Of a DNA stretch of 64,000 nt, positions 54,096 to 63,549 are shown in pieces. The position numbers and the translations under genes are program-made. Each line of letters starts with the position of its first letter. Position 1 is the stretch's first letter. The notes under the pieces were generated by a model. It was not told where the DNA came from. It did not search any database and was given only the letters and a program-made list of their open reading frames with translations. Location: sequence record MZ475891.1. One strand, given 5' to 3'.

Positions 54096-54846
54096 GAAGA
54101 TTAACCGTTACTTCAATCTGATGGAGGACATCCGTGCTGAGATGTTCCGCGTGATTGATGTATCTGACCGTTACTTCGGTATCGTTAGTTTCAACACTAA
54201 CATGCAGGCACTGCAAACCACACTGGTGAGCAAATCCACCCTGATGGAAGTTAAGCTGCTTGAGGGTATCACTGGTGCGGAGCTGATTGCGTTTGGCAAT
54301 ATGGTTCACACTGTAGAGCAATGGGTTGCTGGTGGCATGAAAGGCGCTTTCCCTATCGAGCAGACCAAAGACGTGTATGCCAAATATCGCGCTGCTACCT
54401 CAGATGAACCACAGGCACAAAGTGAACCTAAGCCTGCTAATACCCCGCAGCCTGATGCTGATGAGTTAGACAGCCAGGAACTGGACAATATCAAAGTTCA
54501 ACTTCTGTCCTTCGATGACTCTGAACTGATCGACCATGCCGCTCAGTTTAAACTTGGGACGCGTACACGCCTGCGCAGAATGGGCCGAGATGATTTGTTG
54601 GACATGTTGTTTGATCATCATGGTATCTACGCAGAAAACGACCAGCGCCGCAATGAAAGTGTTGCAGACTGGTTAGAGCGTATACCTCTTGATGATGCTC
54701 TCCGCGAAGTCGACCGCATAGATGATAGCAGTGTACTCGATCACGTTGCGGACGCTATGAGCGTTATGTCGGGTGTCAATGACGCTGTGACGCGAGCGCG
54801 TATTAAGCAGGCTCTGAAAGAGCTACACACTAAGCCCGCGCAGTAA
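54076..54846 (+). CDS. hypothetical protein with HeH-like motif
   Basis: GTG start with GAGGG RBS (start uncertain); LLSFDDSELIDHAAQFKL...MGRDDLLDML. Confidence 0.75.
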   Translation: MAQSLSEKINRYFNLMEDIRAEMFRVIDVSDRYFGIVSFNTNMQALQTTLVSKSTLMEVKLLEGITGAELIAFGNMVHTVEQWVAGGMKGAFPIEQTKDVYAKYRAATSDEPQAQSEPKPANTPQPDADELDSQELDNIKVQLLSFDDSELIDHAAQFKLGTRTRLRRMGRDDLLDMLFDHHGIYAENDQRRNESVADWLERIPLDDALREVDRIDDSSVLDHVADAMSVMSGVNDAVTRARIKQALKELHTKPAQ

Positions 54847-54870
54847 GTCAAATTTGTCTCTACACTAAGC

Positions 54871-54915
54871 TGGACAGATCGTGGGTAGCGTCTGACGCTC
54901 TGCCTATGTTATAAT
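54871..54915 (+). promoter_or_regulatory. phage promoter, upstream-box class, driving the topoisomerase genes
   Basis: TGGACAGATC at 54871; CCTATGT-TATAAT with the -10 at 54910 (39 nt offset). Confidence 0.7.
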
Positions 54916-54986
54916 ACATATAGGACAAGTAGTGTCTGAATATGCTAATATCGAGTGGTCAACGCTACTCATTAGGAGAAACGAAA

Positions 54987-57014
54987 ATGGCGAAAACGCC
55001 TAAAGCCGCAAAAGTCAAAAAGGGTGACGGCTCCCAAGATGGCTTCACTATCGCAGAAGGCCTCGACGGGATTCGACTAAACCCTGGCATGTACATGGGT
55101 CAACAGGGTGCGGACATGGCGTATCGCGCTGTGAAAGAACCTGTGGACAATGACTACGATGAATACATCGCAGGTCGTAACAAGTTGATCGAAGTGGTCA
55201 TTGATTACGATAGCGACCTGAACATCGTAGCTGACCAAGCAGGCGGCATTCCTACCGACTTTAAGAAACTGAAAGACGGTACGAAAGAAACGATCATGAC
55301 CGCAGCGTTTAGCCGTGTTCATGCGGGTGGTAAATTCAACGATCAGGCATATAAGACCTCTGCTGGTACACACGGTGTAGGTGTAGCTGCACTGAACGCA
55401 ATCTCCAGTCAGTTGCGTGTGTGGTCAATGTACAAAGGCAGTTGCGCTTATCAGATGTGGCAGTGTGGCGAAGTCAAGTCGGGCAAAGACCCTAAGAAAG
55501 TCAAGACCATCGACAAAGACGTTATGAGCCTGCTGCGCGATAAGAAGCACAGCAAGTACGGTACTGTGGTAGCGTGGACGCTTGACCAGACTGTTGTGTC
55601 TGCTGATGCACAGCGTGGTAAGAAGCTGCCTAAGAACTATCGACACGCTGCTCCTAATCCAGCTCAGCTTGGTGAGTGGCTGCGTAACATGTCAATGCTC
55701 AACCCAGGCCTTGAGATTCGCCTGACGTTGATCAAAAAGGGCAAGCGCAAAGAGTTCACTTTCATCAACAAGAAAGACCTGAACTATGTTGTGAAGACTA
55801 TGTGTGAAGAACGCGAGCTGGGAACTGTAGGAAAGCCGTTCATCTTCAAGTCTGACAATATCACGGCTGCGCTTGCTTGGACAGATCATGCAGACACTGA
55901 CAACTTCCTCAGTTTCGTTAACACCAGCCCAACAGTTGATGGCGGGTGGCACGTAGTAGGTTTCCGTGATGCGCTGTTTGATGCAATCAAGCCGTTCATG
56001 AAAGAACCGAAAGGTAAGGGCAAGAAGAAGAAGCAGGGCTTCAAACAAGAAGACTTGTTGATTGGCCTGACCGGTATGTTCGACTGGCGTATGCACGGTG
56101 CTCAATACACCTCGCAGGTAAAAGACAAGCTGGCCAGCCGCGTCGAGAAAGACGTGTACGAAATGCTGAAAGATGCTTTCGTGAAATACTTCAAGGACAA
56201 TAAGAAGGTCGCTACGACAATCATCAAGCGTGCCGAAGCGATGAACAAGGGACGTGAAGAACTCAGCGCCGTCGTTAAGTCTATGGCTGATACGAAGAAG
56301 AAGCTGAAAGGTAACGCACTGCCTGCCGACCTCGTTGTCGCAAACAAGTGTAAGCCGCATGAGCGTGAGCTTGTCGTGGTGGAAGGGGATTCTGCTGGTG
56401 GTACTGCAAAAGATGCGCGTAACCCTGACTATCAGGAAGTTATGAAAGCTGGTGGTAAGCCGCTGAACGGTCTGAAAGCAAGTCTGGCTGACGTACTCAA
56501 GCACAAAGAAGTGCAGGGTATGCTGGTGAGTATCGGTGCTGACCTGAAATCGCTTGACCCGAAAGCAGAAGCACCAAAGTTGAGCACGAAGAATCTGCGT
56601 ATAGGCAACATCCTGTTTCTTGCTGATGCTGACCCAGATGGCTTCCACATCAACGTGCTGTTCCTCGGCGTTATCTATCGATTGCTGCCTGACTTGATGA
56701 AAGAAGGCCGTGTGTGGATTGTTGACGCACCGCTGTACAACGTTATCCATCAGGGCAAACACTACGGTGGTATGACGTTTGAAGAATGCCGTGCTAAAGC
56801 GCCGTCTGCTGTAAAAGACAAAGACATTGTACGCGCTAAAGGTTGGGGTGAAGTTGAGCCTGACGTGCTTGAAGCAATCGCGTTCAATCCGAAAACTCGT
56901 CGTCTCATTCGTGTTAACCCGTTTGAGAACGTTGAGCAGGAACGTTTCTTTAGAGGTGTAGTTGCAGAAGATGCAGTTCACCGTCGTCGCTTGCTCGGTC
57001 TGGAGGCAGCATGA
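54987..57014 (+). CDS. gyrB: type IIA DNA topoisomerase, ATPase/TOPRIM (GyrB/ParE-like) subunit
   Basis: IRLNPGMYMG, EPVDNDYDE, HAGGKF, SAGTHGVGVAALNA, VEGDSAGG, DADPDGFHI, RAKGWGEV; AGGAG RBS. Confidence 0.93.
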   Translation: MAKTPKAAKVKKGDGSQDGFTIAEGLDGIRLNPGMYMGQQGADMAYRAVKEPVDNDYDEYIAGRNKLIEVVIDYDSDLNIVADQAGGIPTDFKKLKDGTKETIMTAAFSRVHAGGKFNDQAYKTSAGTHGVGVAALNAISSQLRVWSMYKGSCAYQMWQCGEVKSGKDPKKVKTIDKDVMSLLRDKKHSKYGTVVAWTLDQTVVSADAQRGKKLPKNYRHAAPNPAQLGEWLRNMSMLNPGLEIRLTLIKKGKRKEFTFINKKDLNYVVKTMCEERELGTVGKPFIFKSDNITAALAWTDHADTDNFLSFVNTSPTVDGGWHVVGFRDALFDAIKPFMKEPKGKGKKKKQGFKQEDLLIGLTGMFDWRMHGAQYTSQVKDKLASRVEKDVYEMLKDAFVKYFKDNKKVATTIIKRAEAMNKGREELSAVVKSMADTKKKLKGNALPADLVVANKCKPHERELVVVEGDSAGGTAKDARNPDYQEVMKAGGKPLNGLKASLADVLKHKEVQGMLVSIGADLKSLDPKAEAPKLSTKNLRIGNILFLADADPDGFHINVLFLGVIYRLLPDLMKEGRVWIVDAPLYNVIHQGKHYGGMTFEECRAKAPSAVKDKDIVRAKGWGEVEPDVLEAIAFNPKTRRLIRVNPFENVEQERFFRGVVAEDAVHRRRLLGLEAA

Positions 57015-57268
57015 TGTTCAACAACGCAAAATGGTCTGACGGTACGATGCTACGTTTTCTCGATATGCCTGACGTCCAGCATCCGCCAATGACCGAAGAA
57101 CAACACAAGCAGTATGAGGCGTTAATGGCAAAAGGTCGTGAGTTGTCGAAAAACGTTACTGTATCTGCATTCAGTGTAGTTGACGGTAAGCCTGCTAAGC
57201 GTGTGCAGGTGCAGATGAGTCGCACAACTCTCGATAAGATTAATGCGATGCACTCAGGAGATCAGTAA
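57011..57268 (+). CDS. hypothetical protein (85 aa)
   Basis: GGAGG RBS, ATGA overlap with gyrB. Confidence 0.7.
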   Translation: MMFNNAKWSDGTMLRFLDMPDVQHPPMTEEQHKQYEALMAKGRELSKNVTVSAFSVVDGKPAKRVQVQMSRTTLDKINAMHSGDQ

Positions 57269-57507
57269 TGCTCAAGGGTAAGAAAGTCAATCAAGCACCA
57301 TCGTGTGTTGCACGAATCTTCCCTGTAGTTGCAGGTACTGAGGATTGGCCAATCCCGCTGTTCGATATGCCTGACTTTCATATCAGCATGAGCGAGGAGC
57401 AGAAAGCTCGTCTTGATTCTGCTATGGCTAACGTCAAGCAACACATTAAAGATAGCCCGTACAACGGGAAGCTATTCTTTACTATGCCTGGAGATGCCCA
57501 TGAATAA
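57268..57507 (+). CDS. hypothetical protein (79 aa)
   Basis: AGGAG RBS, TAATG coupling. Confidence 0.7.
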   Translation: MLKGKKVNQAPSCVARIFPVVAGTEDWPIPLFDMPDFHISMSEEQKARLDSAMANVKQHIKDSPYNGKLFFTMPGDAHE

Positions 57508-57739
57508 GTTCCAGCGTCACATTAAATCTCTGCCCGAATCTGGTGCCAGCTTTCAGCAAGCAGCACCGCTAGGCCGTACTGTCGTAACACGTTCAGCGGG
57601 TATCACACGCGGTGTAACTCGCATGGCTTATCCTCAGTTGCAGCAAATCCCACGCAACTTATCGGGCCTGAATGGTGTGAACGTTCGTCGCATCGATATT
57701 AACTTGGATGAAAACGTTTTCATCCAGACGCATTCGTAA
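57500..57739 (+). CDS. hypothetical protein (79 aa)
   Basis: GGAG RBS, overlaps the previous stop. Confidence 0.65.
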   Translation: MNKFQRHIKSLPESGASFQQAAPLGRTVVTRSAGITRGVTRMAYPQLQQIPRNLSGLNGVNVRRIDINLDENVFIQTHS

Positions 57740-57748
57740 GAGGCTGGC

Positions 57749-59410
57749 ATGCCAATCAAACCTAAGAAAGTCAAAGCGGCCAAAGCAGTTAAGCCTGCTA
57801 AAGCGACCGCTGTTGCAAAGCCACTTAAAGTCAAAGTGAAATCGAAAGCCGTTTCTGTCGATGACATTAAGACAAAGAAAAAGTCGAAAGAAGTCGCCGC
57901 AGTGCAGACAGGCGCATCGCTCTATCCGATGATTGGTCAAGACGAATCTAACATTCGTGACCAGGGCCTCGCAGATTACACACGCCACGCGCTGGGTGTG
58001 TACGGTTCTTACGTTGTTGAAGACCGAGCTATCGCTGACTATCGTGATGGCCTCAAGCCTGTGCACCGTGCGCTGTTGTGGTCGTTGTCTGATCTTAACT
58101 TGCGTCCTGGTGGTGCGTTCAAGAAATCTGCGCGTACTGTTGGTGACACGATCGGTAAGTATCACCCGCACGGCGATGCAGCCTGTTACGGCGCAATGGT
58201 AACGATTGCAAACACAGTGCCACCGGCTGTTGCTGGTTCTGGTAACTGGGGTAGCCCTGTTGACCCTGCTGCTGCTATGCGTTATACCGAAGCGAAGATG
58301 AGTAAGTTCACGGGTACGTTCTTGCTCGACTCTGATTACTTAGAAGTTGTACCTCGTGTGCCTAACTTCTCAAACGATCTTGAGCTACCGCTTTACTTGC
58401 CTGCTCTGCTGCCGTACATGTTGTTCAATGGCTCTGTGCCTGCACCAGCGTACGGCGTCAAGTGTGGTAACCCGTCATTCAGCTTCGCGTCCGTATCTAA
58501 AGTCGTGTGTGAGATGCTGAGCGGCAAAGAGTACACAGCGAAGACGCTTGCGAAGACGCTTGAGATTCGCCATGAGTTCGGCTGTATCGACGTTAGCTCT
58601 GACGAAGATATGTACCAGCTTATCTCAACAGGCCGTGGCAAAGTCACATACGAACCGCTGATTAAGATCGATGAGAAGTCGAAGACCATCACGATTCAAA
58701 CGTATGTGCCTGCTGGCATGTCCAATACTGCGGGTATCACTAAGAAGCTGGAGAAGATTTCTGAGTGGCCAGGCATTAGCTCCGCAGCAAACGCCAGTGG
58801 CAAGAAGAACAAGAACGCAGGTCCTTACGGTGCAGCGTTTGAGTTCCGCGTACGTGGTAGTGAAGACCAGTTGTACGAACTCGCCTCACGCATTCAGAAG
58901 GAAGTGACTGCTGGCGTCAACTACAATCTGGGCGTTACGATTCGTCGCGCCGATAAGCCGAACACCTTCAAGTATCTGAACTATCTGGATTACTTCAAGG
59001 CGTGGGTAGCGTATCGTATCAAACTCGAAACAGCCATGCTGAACAACAAGCTGGCCAAAGCAGAGAAAGCCCTGCACTTGCAGCAAGTTTATCTGTGGGC
59101 AGTTGACAACATGAAGCAACTGCTGGCTGCCTTGCCTAAAGTGTTAGTCGCAGAAGACCCAGACAAAGCGCTGGCCAAAGCGTGCAAGATTCCAGTTGAA
59201 GATGCGAAGATCATCCTCGACCGTCAAGTGCGTAAACTCGCCAAGCTGGAACGTGGTGGTCTGATTGCCAAAATCAAAGACATTAAGGAAGAGATTGCTG
59301 GTTATAAGGCAGGCTTGAAAGCGCCAGGCAAACATGCAGCACAGAGCACGGCTGCGAAAGTCAAAGCGTACATCAAATCACCTGATGATAAGCTGCCCGT
59401 AAGTCTTTGA
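57749..59410 (+). CDS. gyrA: type IIA DNA topoisomerase, breakage-reunion (GyrA/ParC-like) subunit without a C-terminal beta-pinwheel
   Basis: RAIADYRDGLKPVHR, KKSARTVGDTIGKYHPHGD, GNWGS, AAMRYTEAKM (catalytic Tyr); only 553 aa. Confidence 0.93.
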   Translation: MPIKPKKVKAAKAVKPAKATAVAKPLKVKVKSKAVSVDDIKTKKKSKEVAAVQTGASLYPMIGQDESNIRDQGLADYTRHALGVYGSYVVEDRAIADYRDGLKPVHRALLWSLSDLNLRPGGAFKKSARTVGDTIGKYHPHGDAACYGAMVTIANTVPPAVAGSGNWGSPVDPAAAMRYTEAKMSKFTGTFLLDSDYLEVVPRVPNFSNDLELPLYLPALLPYMLFNGSVPAPAYGVKCGNPSFSFASVSKVVCEMLSGKEYTAKTLAKTLEIRHEFGCIDVSSDEDMYQLISTGRGKVTYEPLIKIDEKSKTITIQTYVPAGMSNTAGITKKLEKISEWPGISSAANASGKKNKNAGPYGAAFEFRVRGSEDQLYELASRIQKEVTAGVNYNLGVTIRRADKPNTFKYLNYLDYFKAWVAYRIKLETAMLNNKLAKAEKALHLQQVYLWAVDNMKQLLAALPKVLVAEDPDKALAKACKIPVEDAKIILDRQVRKLAKLERGGLIAKIKDIKEEIAGYKAGLKAPGKHAAQSTAAKVKAYIKSPDDKLPVSL

Positions 59411-59448
59411 AAATCTGTAAATAGACTATGATAAACTCTGCACTAAGT

Positions 59449-59491
59449 TGGACAGAAGCCGCTTGAGATTATTCTTAGTCTATGATATACT
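59449..59491 (+). promoter_or_regulatory. phage promoter, upstream-box class
   Basis: TGGACAGAAG at 59449; TTGAGA as -35 at 59463; TGA-TATACT with the -10 at 59486. Confidence 0.65.
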
Positions 59492-59629
59492 GGTACTGTT
59501 GATTGCAGACATTCTGACGAGGGTTTTCTGCAATCATGCCAGAAAAAGGAGGGTAGCGTATATAAGCAAAAGACGTAGCATAAGTTGGGATGAAAATTCG
59601 AGCCGAAAAGGCCGGACGCTGTTTCAAGA

Positions 59630-59658
59630 TTGACCTCTGAAACGGCAAATATTATAAT
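59630..59658 (+). promoter_or_regulatory. canonical sigma70 promoter
   Basis: TTGACC-17 nt-TATAAT. Confidence 0.7.
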
Positions 59659-59764
59659 CGACCTACAGAATACTAATATGTAGTTGCAGCACATTAGTTT
59701 CGACGTGTCGCTAGGGCCAAGAGTACGGTCCTCAACTCTTTTATGAGAAGTTTGGAATCCGCAA

Positions 59765-61039
59765 ATGAAAAATCAGGTACACAACCTCAAAGCTGGTTTG
59801 AACGTAGTTGTCACCTCACTGACGGAACTGCGTTCAGGAAAAAACATGAAGCGCCAGCATGTTGTTGAAGTATTAGGTCAGCCGTCTTCCGTTTTGACTG
59901 ACCTCACAAAGGCATTGAAAAGTAATACCTTCAAGTCATATCCTGATGTACTCCAGTTGCGCGACTCAGTTCGTGCGACAAGCACTACCTGTCTTAACCT
60001 GTTAGAGCAAGTGGTATCTCGCCGTATCAAGCCACGCGATCTGATGGAAAAACTTGGTGAAGTTGTGAAGTCGTTTGAAGCCGACGTTAAGCTGGCTGAT
60101 TCGACCCTCGGGTATCTGCCTGAATCTCGTAAGACTCTCTCGCTCGATGACGTTGAGCGCGATGCTGATGGTAAGCTGAATCTCAAATCCTTGAATGCGG
60201 TCAGTGAAAAGATCTATGAGCAAGAGACGAACGATAAGGCGATACGCAGAGAGCAACGCGAAGACGCAGCGACAGTAAAGACCAGTCGTGTGCTCCAGCG
60301 TCTCAAAGATTCGTATGCTCACAAAGTCCCAAGAACGTTCAATAAAGCCATTCAAATAATCCAATTGCCTGTGATGGCACGATTCGGTACGCTCGCTATG
60401 AGTCCTGAGTCGCTGTCTAAGATGGGATTCAAAATTCAAACTGCTGGTCTGCACTCCACCCCGAGTTCTGACTTAGGTATTGTCTTTGAAAACCAGTTGC
60501 TGCTTTTCTTCCGTATGTCTGACGCTAAAGGCGTTGCAGAAGAAGCTGCAAAGAAACACAAGGACCTCGATGGAACTCTCGTAGAACGCAAACGCCTCCA
60601 GAAAGAAAGAAACGCAGAACGCCGCGACATTAAGAAGCTCAATCAGCTTTTGGCGGAAAACAAGTCACTCGTAGCCAAGCGCAAAATCCGTGAGCAAATT
60701 GCGGAAGCACAAGGCAACGTTGACGACATTACTGCGACTCTTGATGACATGGACCAAAAGGTGCGCTCATCGAACTCCAAAGAGCGTGTGTATCGTCAGA
60801 TGAAAACATCAAGCGATCACGCGATGCTGGATTACCTTAACCCTATCGTCGATATGCTCAACGAGAAAAGCAGTTCAACTCTCGGTCTGTTTACTACCAT
60901 GCCGTTACGCGGTGTCATGAAAGACGCTGACGTGCATTGCGCATGGCTCATGGAACAATCAGCTATTCGACTTCTGTTGCGCCATTGTGGCGGTGACGTG
61001 AAGTTGCAGAACTGGTTCTTGCCGTGGACTAATGGCTAA
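59765..61039 (+). CDS. hypothetical protein with coiled-coil segment (424 aa)
   Basis: long ORF downstream of the promoters. Confidence 0.8.
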   Translation: MKNQVHNLKAGLNVVVTSLTELRSGKNMKRQHVVEVLGQPSSVLTDLTKALKSNTFKSYPDVLQLRDSVRATSTTCLNLLEQVVSRRIKPRDLMEKLGEVVKSFEADVKLADSTLGYLPESRKTLSLDDVERDADGKLNLKSLNAVSEKIYEQETNDKAIRREQREDAATVKTSRVLQRLKDSYAHKVPRTFNKAIQIIQLPVMARFGTLAMSPESLSKMGFKIQTAGLHSTPSSDLGIVFENQLLLFFRMSDAKGVAEEAAKKHKDLDGTLVERKRLQKERNAERRDIKKLNQLLAENKSLVAKRKIREQIAEAQGNVDDITATLDDMDQKVRSSNSKERVYRQMKTSSDHAMLDYLNPIVDMLNEKSSSTLGLFTTMPLRGVMKDADVHCAWLMEQSAIRLLLRHCGGDVKLQNWFLPWTNG

Positions 61040-61571
61040 CGAAAATCGTTTACCAGCGGAAACAAAAGGTGCGTTAACACGGTGTATCATCTGCGGTCAG
61101 TTTAGCCGAGCGATTCACTACCACCATACTGTTCCCCGCTCACTGGGAGGCGAGCACTCGCTCCAAATCCCAATAGACGGTAACTGCCACACAACGCTCC
61201 ATGCGAAAGCAGAAGCTGTGGTAGCGCGTTTGGCCGGTAACCGTAAACAACCAATTGGTCAGTTCTGGGACGACCCAGATGCTGAACAACGAGCTGAAAT
61301 GTGGCTAACGATTCTGGTAGATGCAATGCTTAATCCTCCAGTGCAGCCCGGACAGAAAGAAGTCCTGTTGCCGATGATTAAGGTTGATTTAGAAACCAGA
61401 CATGCGTTAGAATTGTTGAAGCGTGACACACCAGGCATAACAAACATGGGCCAAGTGTTGCGCTACTGTATTGAGACAACGTTAAAGGTTAAGGGGTTAA
61501 AAAATGGCAAATCAGAAAATCCGCACTCTGGACATCAAAGCACTCGTAAAAAGCGAGATGACCTGTGGTGA
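61032..61571 (+). CDS. HNH-family protein with possible C-terminal ribbon-helix-helix
   Basis: CIICG...HYHHTVPRSLGG...NCHTTLH; C-terminal MIKVDLETRHALELLK...NMGQVLRYCI. Confidence 0.7.
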   Translation: MANENRLPAETKGALTRCIICGQFSRAIHYHHTVPRSLGGEHSLQIPIDGNCHTTLHAKAEAVVARLAGNRKQPIGQFWDDPDAEQRAEMWLTILVDAMLNPPVQPGQKEVLLPMIKVDLETRHALELLKRDTPGITNMGQVLRYCIETTLKVKGLKNGKSENPHSGHQSTRKKRDDLW

Positions 61572-62367
61572 TTGCAGAGGGTTGACGCGGGATGCGTTAT
61601 TACCTACAGCGGAAAAACCATGTGCTACTCAAGGGCAGTTGCCAGATGCTAAGATCTGCAAACACTATCGCCCTGACAGCGCATCACTGACTACCTTAAT
61701 GTCTGAGAATGGCGATTCATTGATCGCTATGTTCAACACAGTAAAAGACTTTAGCACCAAAGACCTGCACGTTGTTGCTGGTCTGTTGTTACGTGAAGCG
61801 AAGACACGTAGCTACGGTGTGCGCATAGGTCAAGCTGTGTTCGTGCGCTATCAAGGCCGCGAGACGCGTAACTATCTCAACAACTTTATGGCAGCGCGTG
61901 TGCTTGACGTTGACGACGAAACGATTCGCCTTATTTCCGAGAAGGGTGACATTGTTCTGACTTACGCCAACACAGGGTTCTCTGGACCGTCTGTCTATTC
62001 TAAACAGCAATTCACCAAACTGCGCAAGGAGATGAAAGCCAGTGGTAAGTTGATCGATCCTGAACGTCAGATCAAGACTACGAAACGCATGTTACCTATG
62101 GAAGACAATGTTAGCTTCTCCGCACCGAGTTCGCTCGATGGCTTCTCAATCCCGATGATGGATGAAGTTGTCAAAGGCCGTGGTGCTAAGCGTAAGGGCA
62201 AGAAGACCAACACGCTGGTGGACATTGTGAGCATGATCGATAACGGTTATGACATGGGTGCAGAGCAAGACGAGTCTGGTGTTATGTCGCTGGGCAGTAA
62301 CAGCTACAAGAACAAAGGCAAGCGCATTCAGAAAGGCGCTGTCGAACTGTCTGACCTCGAAGGTTAA
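61504..62367 (+). CDS. hypothetical protein with N-terminal Cys4 zinc-binding motif (287 aa)
   Basis: CGDC...C...C; AGGGG RBS. Confidence 0.75.
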   Translation: MANQKIRTLDIKALVKSEMTCGDCRGLTRDALLPTAEKPCATQGQLPDAKICKHYRPDSASLTTLMSENGDSLIAMFNTVKDFSTKDLHVVAGLLLREAKTRSYGVRIGQAVFVRYQGRETRNYLNNFMAARVLDVDDETIRLISEKGDIVLTYANTGFSGPSVYSKQQFTKLRKEMKASGKLIDPERQIKTTKRMLPMEDNVSFSAPSSLDGFSIPMMDEVVKGRGAKRKGKKTNTLVDIVSMIDNGYDMGAEQDESGVMSLGSNSYKNKGKRIQKGAVELSDLEG

Positions 62368-62409
62368 TCTGAACAACTCTTACCATAATATACGATTAGG
62401 ATCTCGGAA

Positions 62410-63549
62410 ATGATCACAGAAGAAATCACTCTTAATGCTTACCTCTCACAGCGTCTGAACCTCGAAGAAGATTCAGAGCAATTCCGCCGAGTATACGCAG
62501 CCACGATCAAATATATTGGCAGCGGTTATAAGTCTATCGCAGGTTATCATCGTGACCTGCAATCCGAAGTAGATTTTAAGCAATTTGAGTTCACAGCGCC
62601 AGATTTGCGTATTGATATTTCTTCCGTATGTCGTTTTACTCTCAAGCTGCGTTTCTTCGTGCTGGCTGTATGCTTGCACAAGGACCCAAAAGAGATTGTT
62701 CAAAAGTATGCAGCGTATGGTCTCTCCAAGCGTGAGGCAGTGCTTGCATGGAATACATTGTTGAAAGAAGTCGCAGCCCGCACACAGATTCGTCGTATGG
62801 CCAAACAGAAGTCCAAGACTAAGGGCGGCCTTGATGTTACGATGGTTAGTAGTCGTGAGCTTCGTCTTCGCCTTGACCAGACAGCCAGCCTGTTTGCAGA
62901 ATTGCATCGCAGTGCGAAGCGTCTGGTCAGAAAGAATCTTATGTGGGTGAGCAAGAGCGAGAACATCCCTCTGCCAGATCTGACCTGTGACATTATGTGC
63001 AAGGTGCTGTTGTCGTATTATCAGTCGCTGCCTAATCGTTTCTCAGAAGCCCACCAGCTCAACTACCTGCGTGCGTCTCTGAACAACCGCATCAACAACA
63101 TGAACAACTACTACAGTGCAGACTGCCGCAAGCGTATGCACAAAGTGGGCGAAGACAAGTATGAGATTCTTGTTATGTCTGACAATCAGATGTGGCATAA
63201 TCCGGAAGATGATTCGTCTGCCTCGTACGAGGACCTGTTGGCTTCTGATGCGCGTGTTCATACCGAAGAGATGGAAAACAATCTGACTATTAATCGCCTT
63301 CTTGAGGAAGCTGAAGGCACTAAGCGCCACAAGCTGTACAGTACGGTGTTAGGCCGAGACTGTGCCGAGTTCACTGAGTATCTCCGCGACAACGGTATGC
63401 TCAAACAGACAATGACGTGTGCGACTCAATGGTTCATGGCCAAGCCCTACAAGTTCATTCGTAAGCATCTTGCGCAATGGCTTGAAGTGGCAGTTGAGAC
63501 GGTTAACGCCGGTCTGGTAACATTACGTGGTTCTTTGCAGGCAGCATGA
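62410..63549 (+). CDS. hypothetical protein, possible divergent sigma-factor-like regulator (379 aa)
   Basis: LVRKNLMWVSKS...DLTCDIMCKVL...YL...L.N loosely resembles sigma70 region 2. Confidence 0.4.
   Translation: MITEEITLNAYLSQRLNLEEDSEQFRRVYAATIKYIGSGYKSIAGYHRDLQSEVDFKQFEFTAPDLRIDISSVCRFTLKLRFFVLAVCLHKDPKEIVQKYAAYGLSKREAVLAWNTLLKEVAARTQIRRMAKQKSKTKGGLDVTMVSSRELRLRLDQTASLFAELHRSAKRLVRKNLMWVSKSENIPLPDLTCDIMCKVLLSYYQSLPNRFSEAHQLNYLRASLNNRINNMNNYYSADCRKRMHKVGEDKYEILVMSDNQMWHNPEDDSSASYEDLLASDARVHTEEMENNLTINRLLEEAEGTKRHKLYSTVLGRDCAEFTEYLRDNGMLKQTMTCATQWFMAKPYKFIRKHLAQWLEVAVETVNAGLVTLRGSLQAA

Noticed and set aside
55692-56981. 429-aa minus-strand ORF
   Set aside because: Lies wholly antisense to the well-supported gyrB-like gene, has no motifs, and all real genes here are on the + strand.
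59448-59633. 61-aa ORF in the intergenic control region
   Set aside because: TTG start inside the promoter box, no RBS, overlaps promoter elements.
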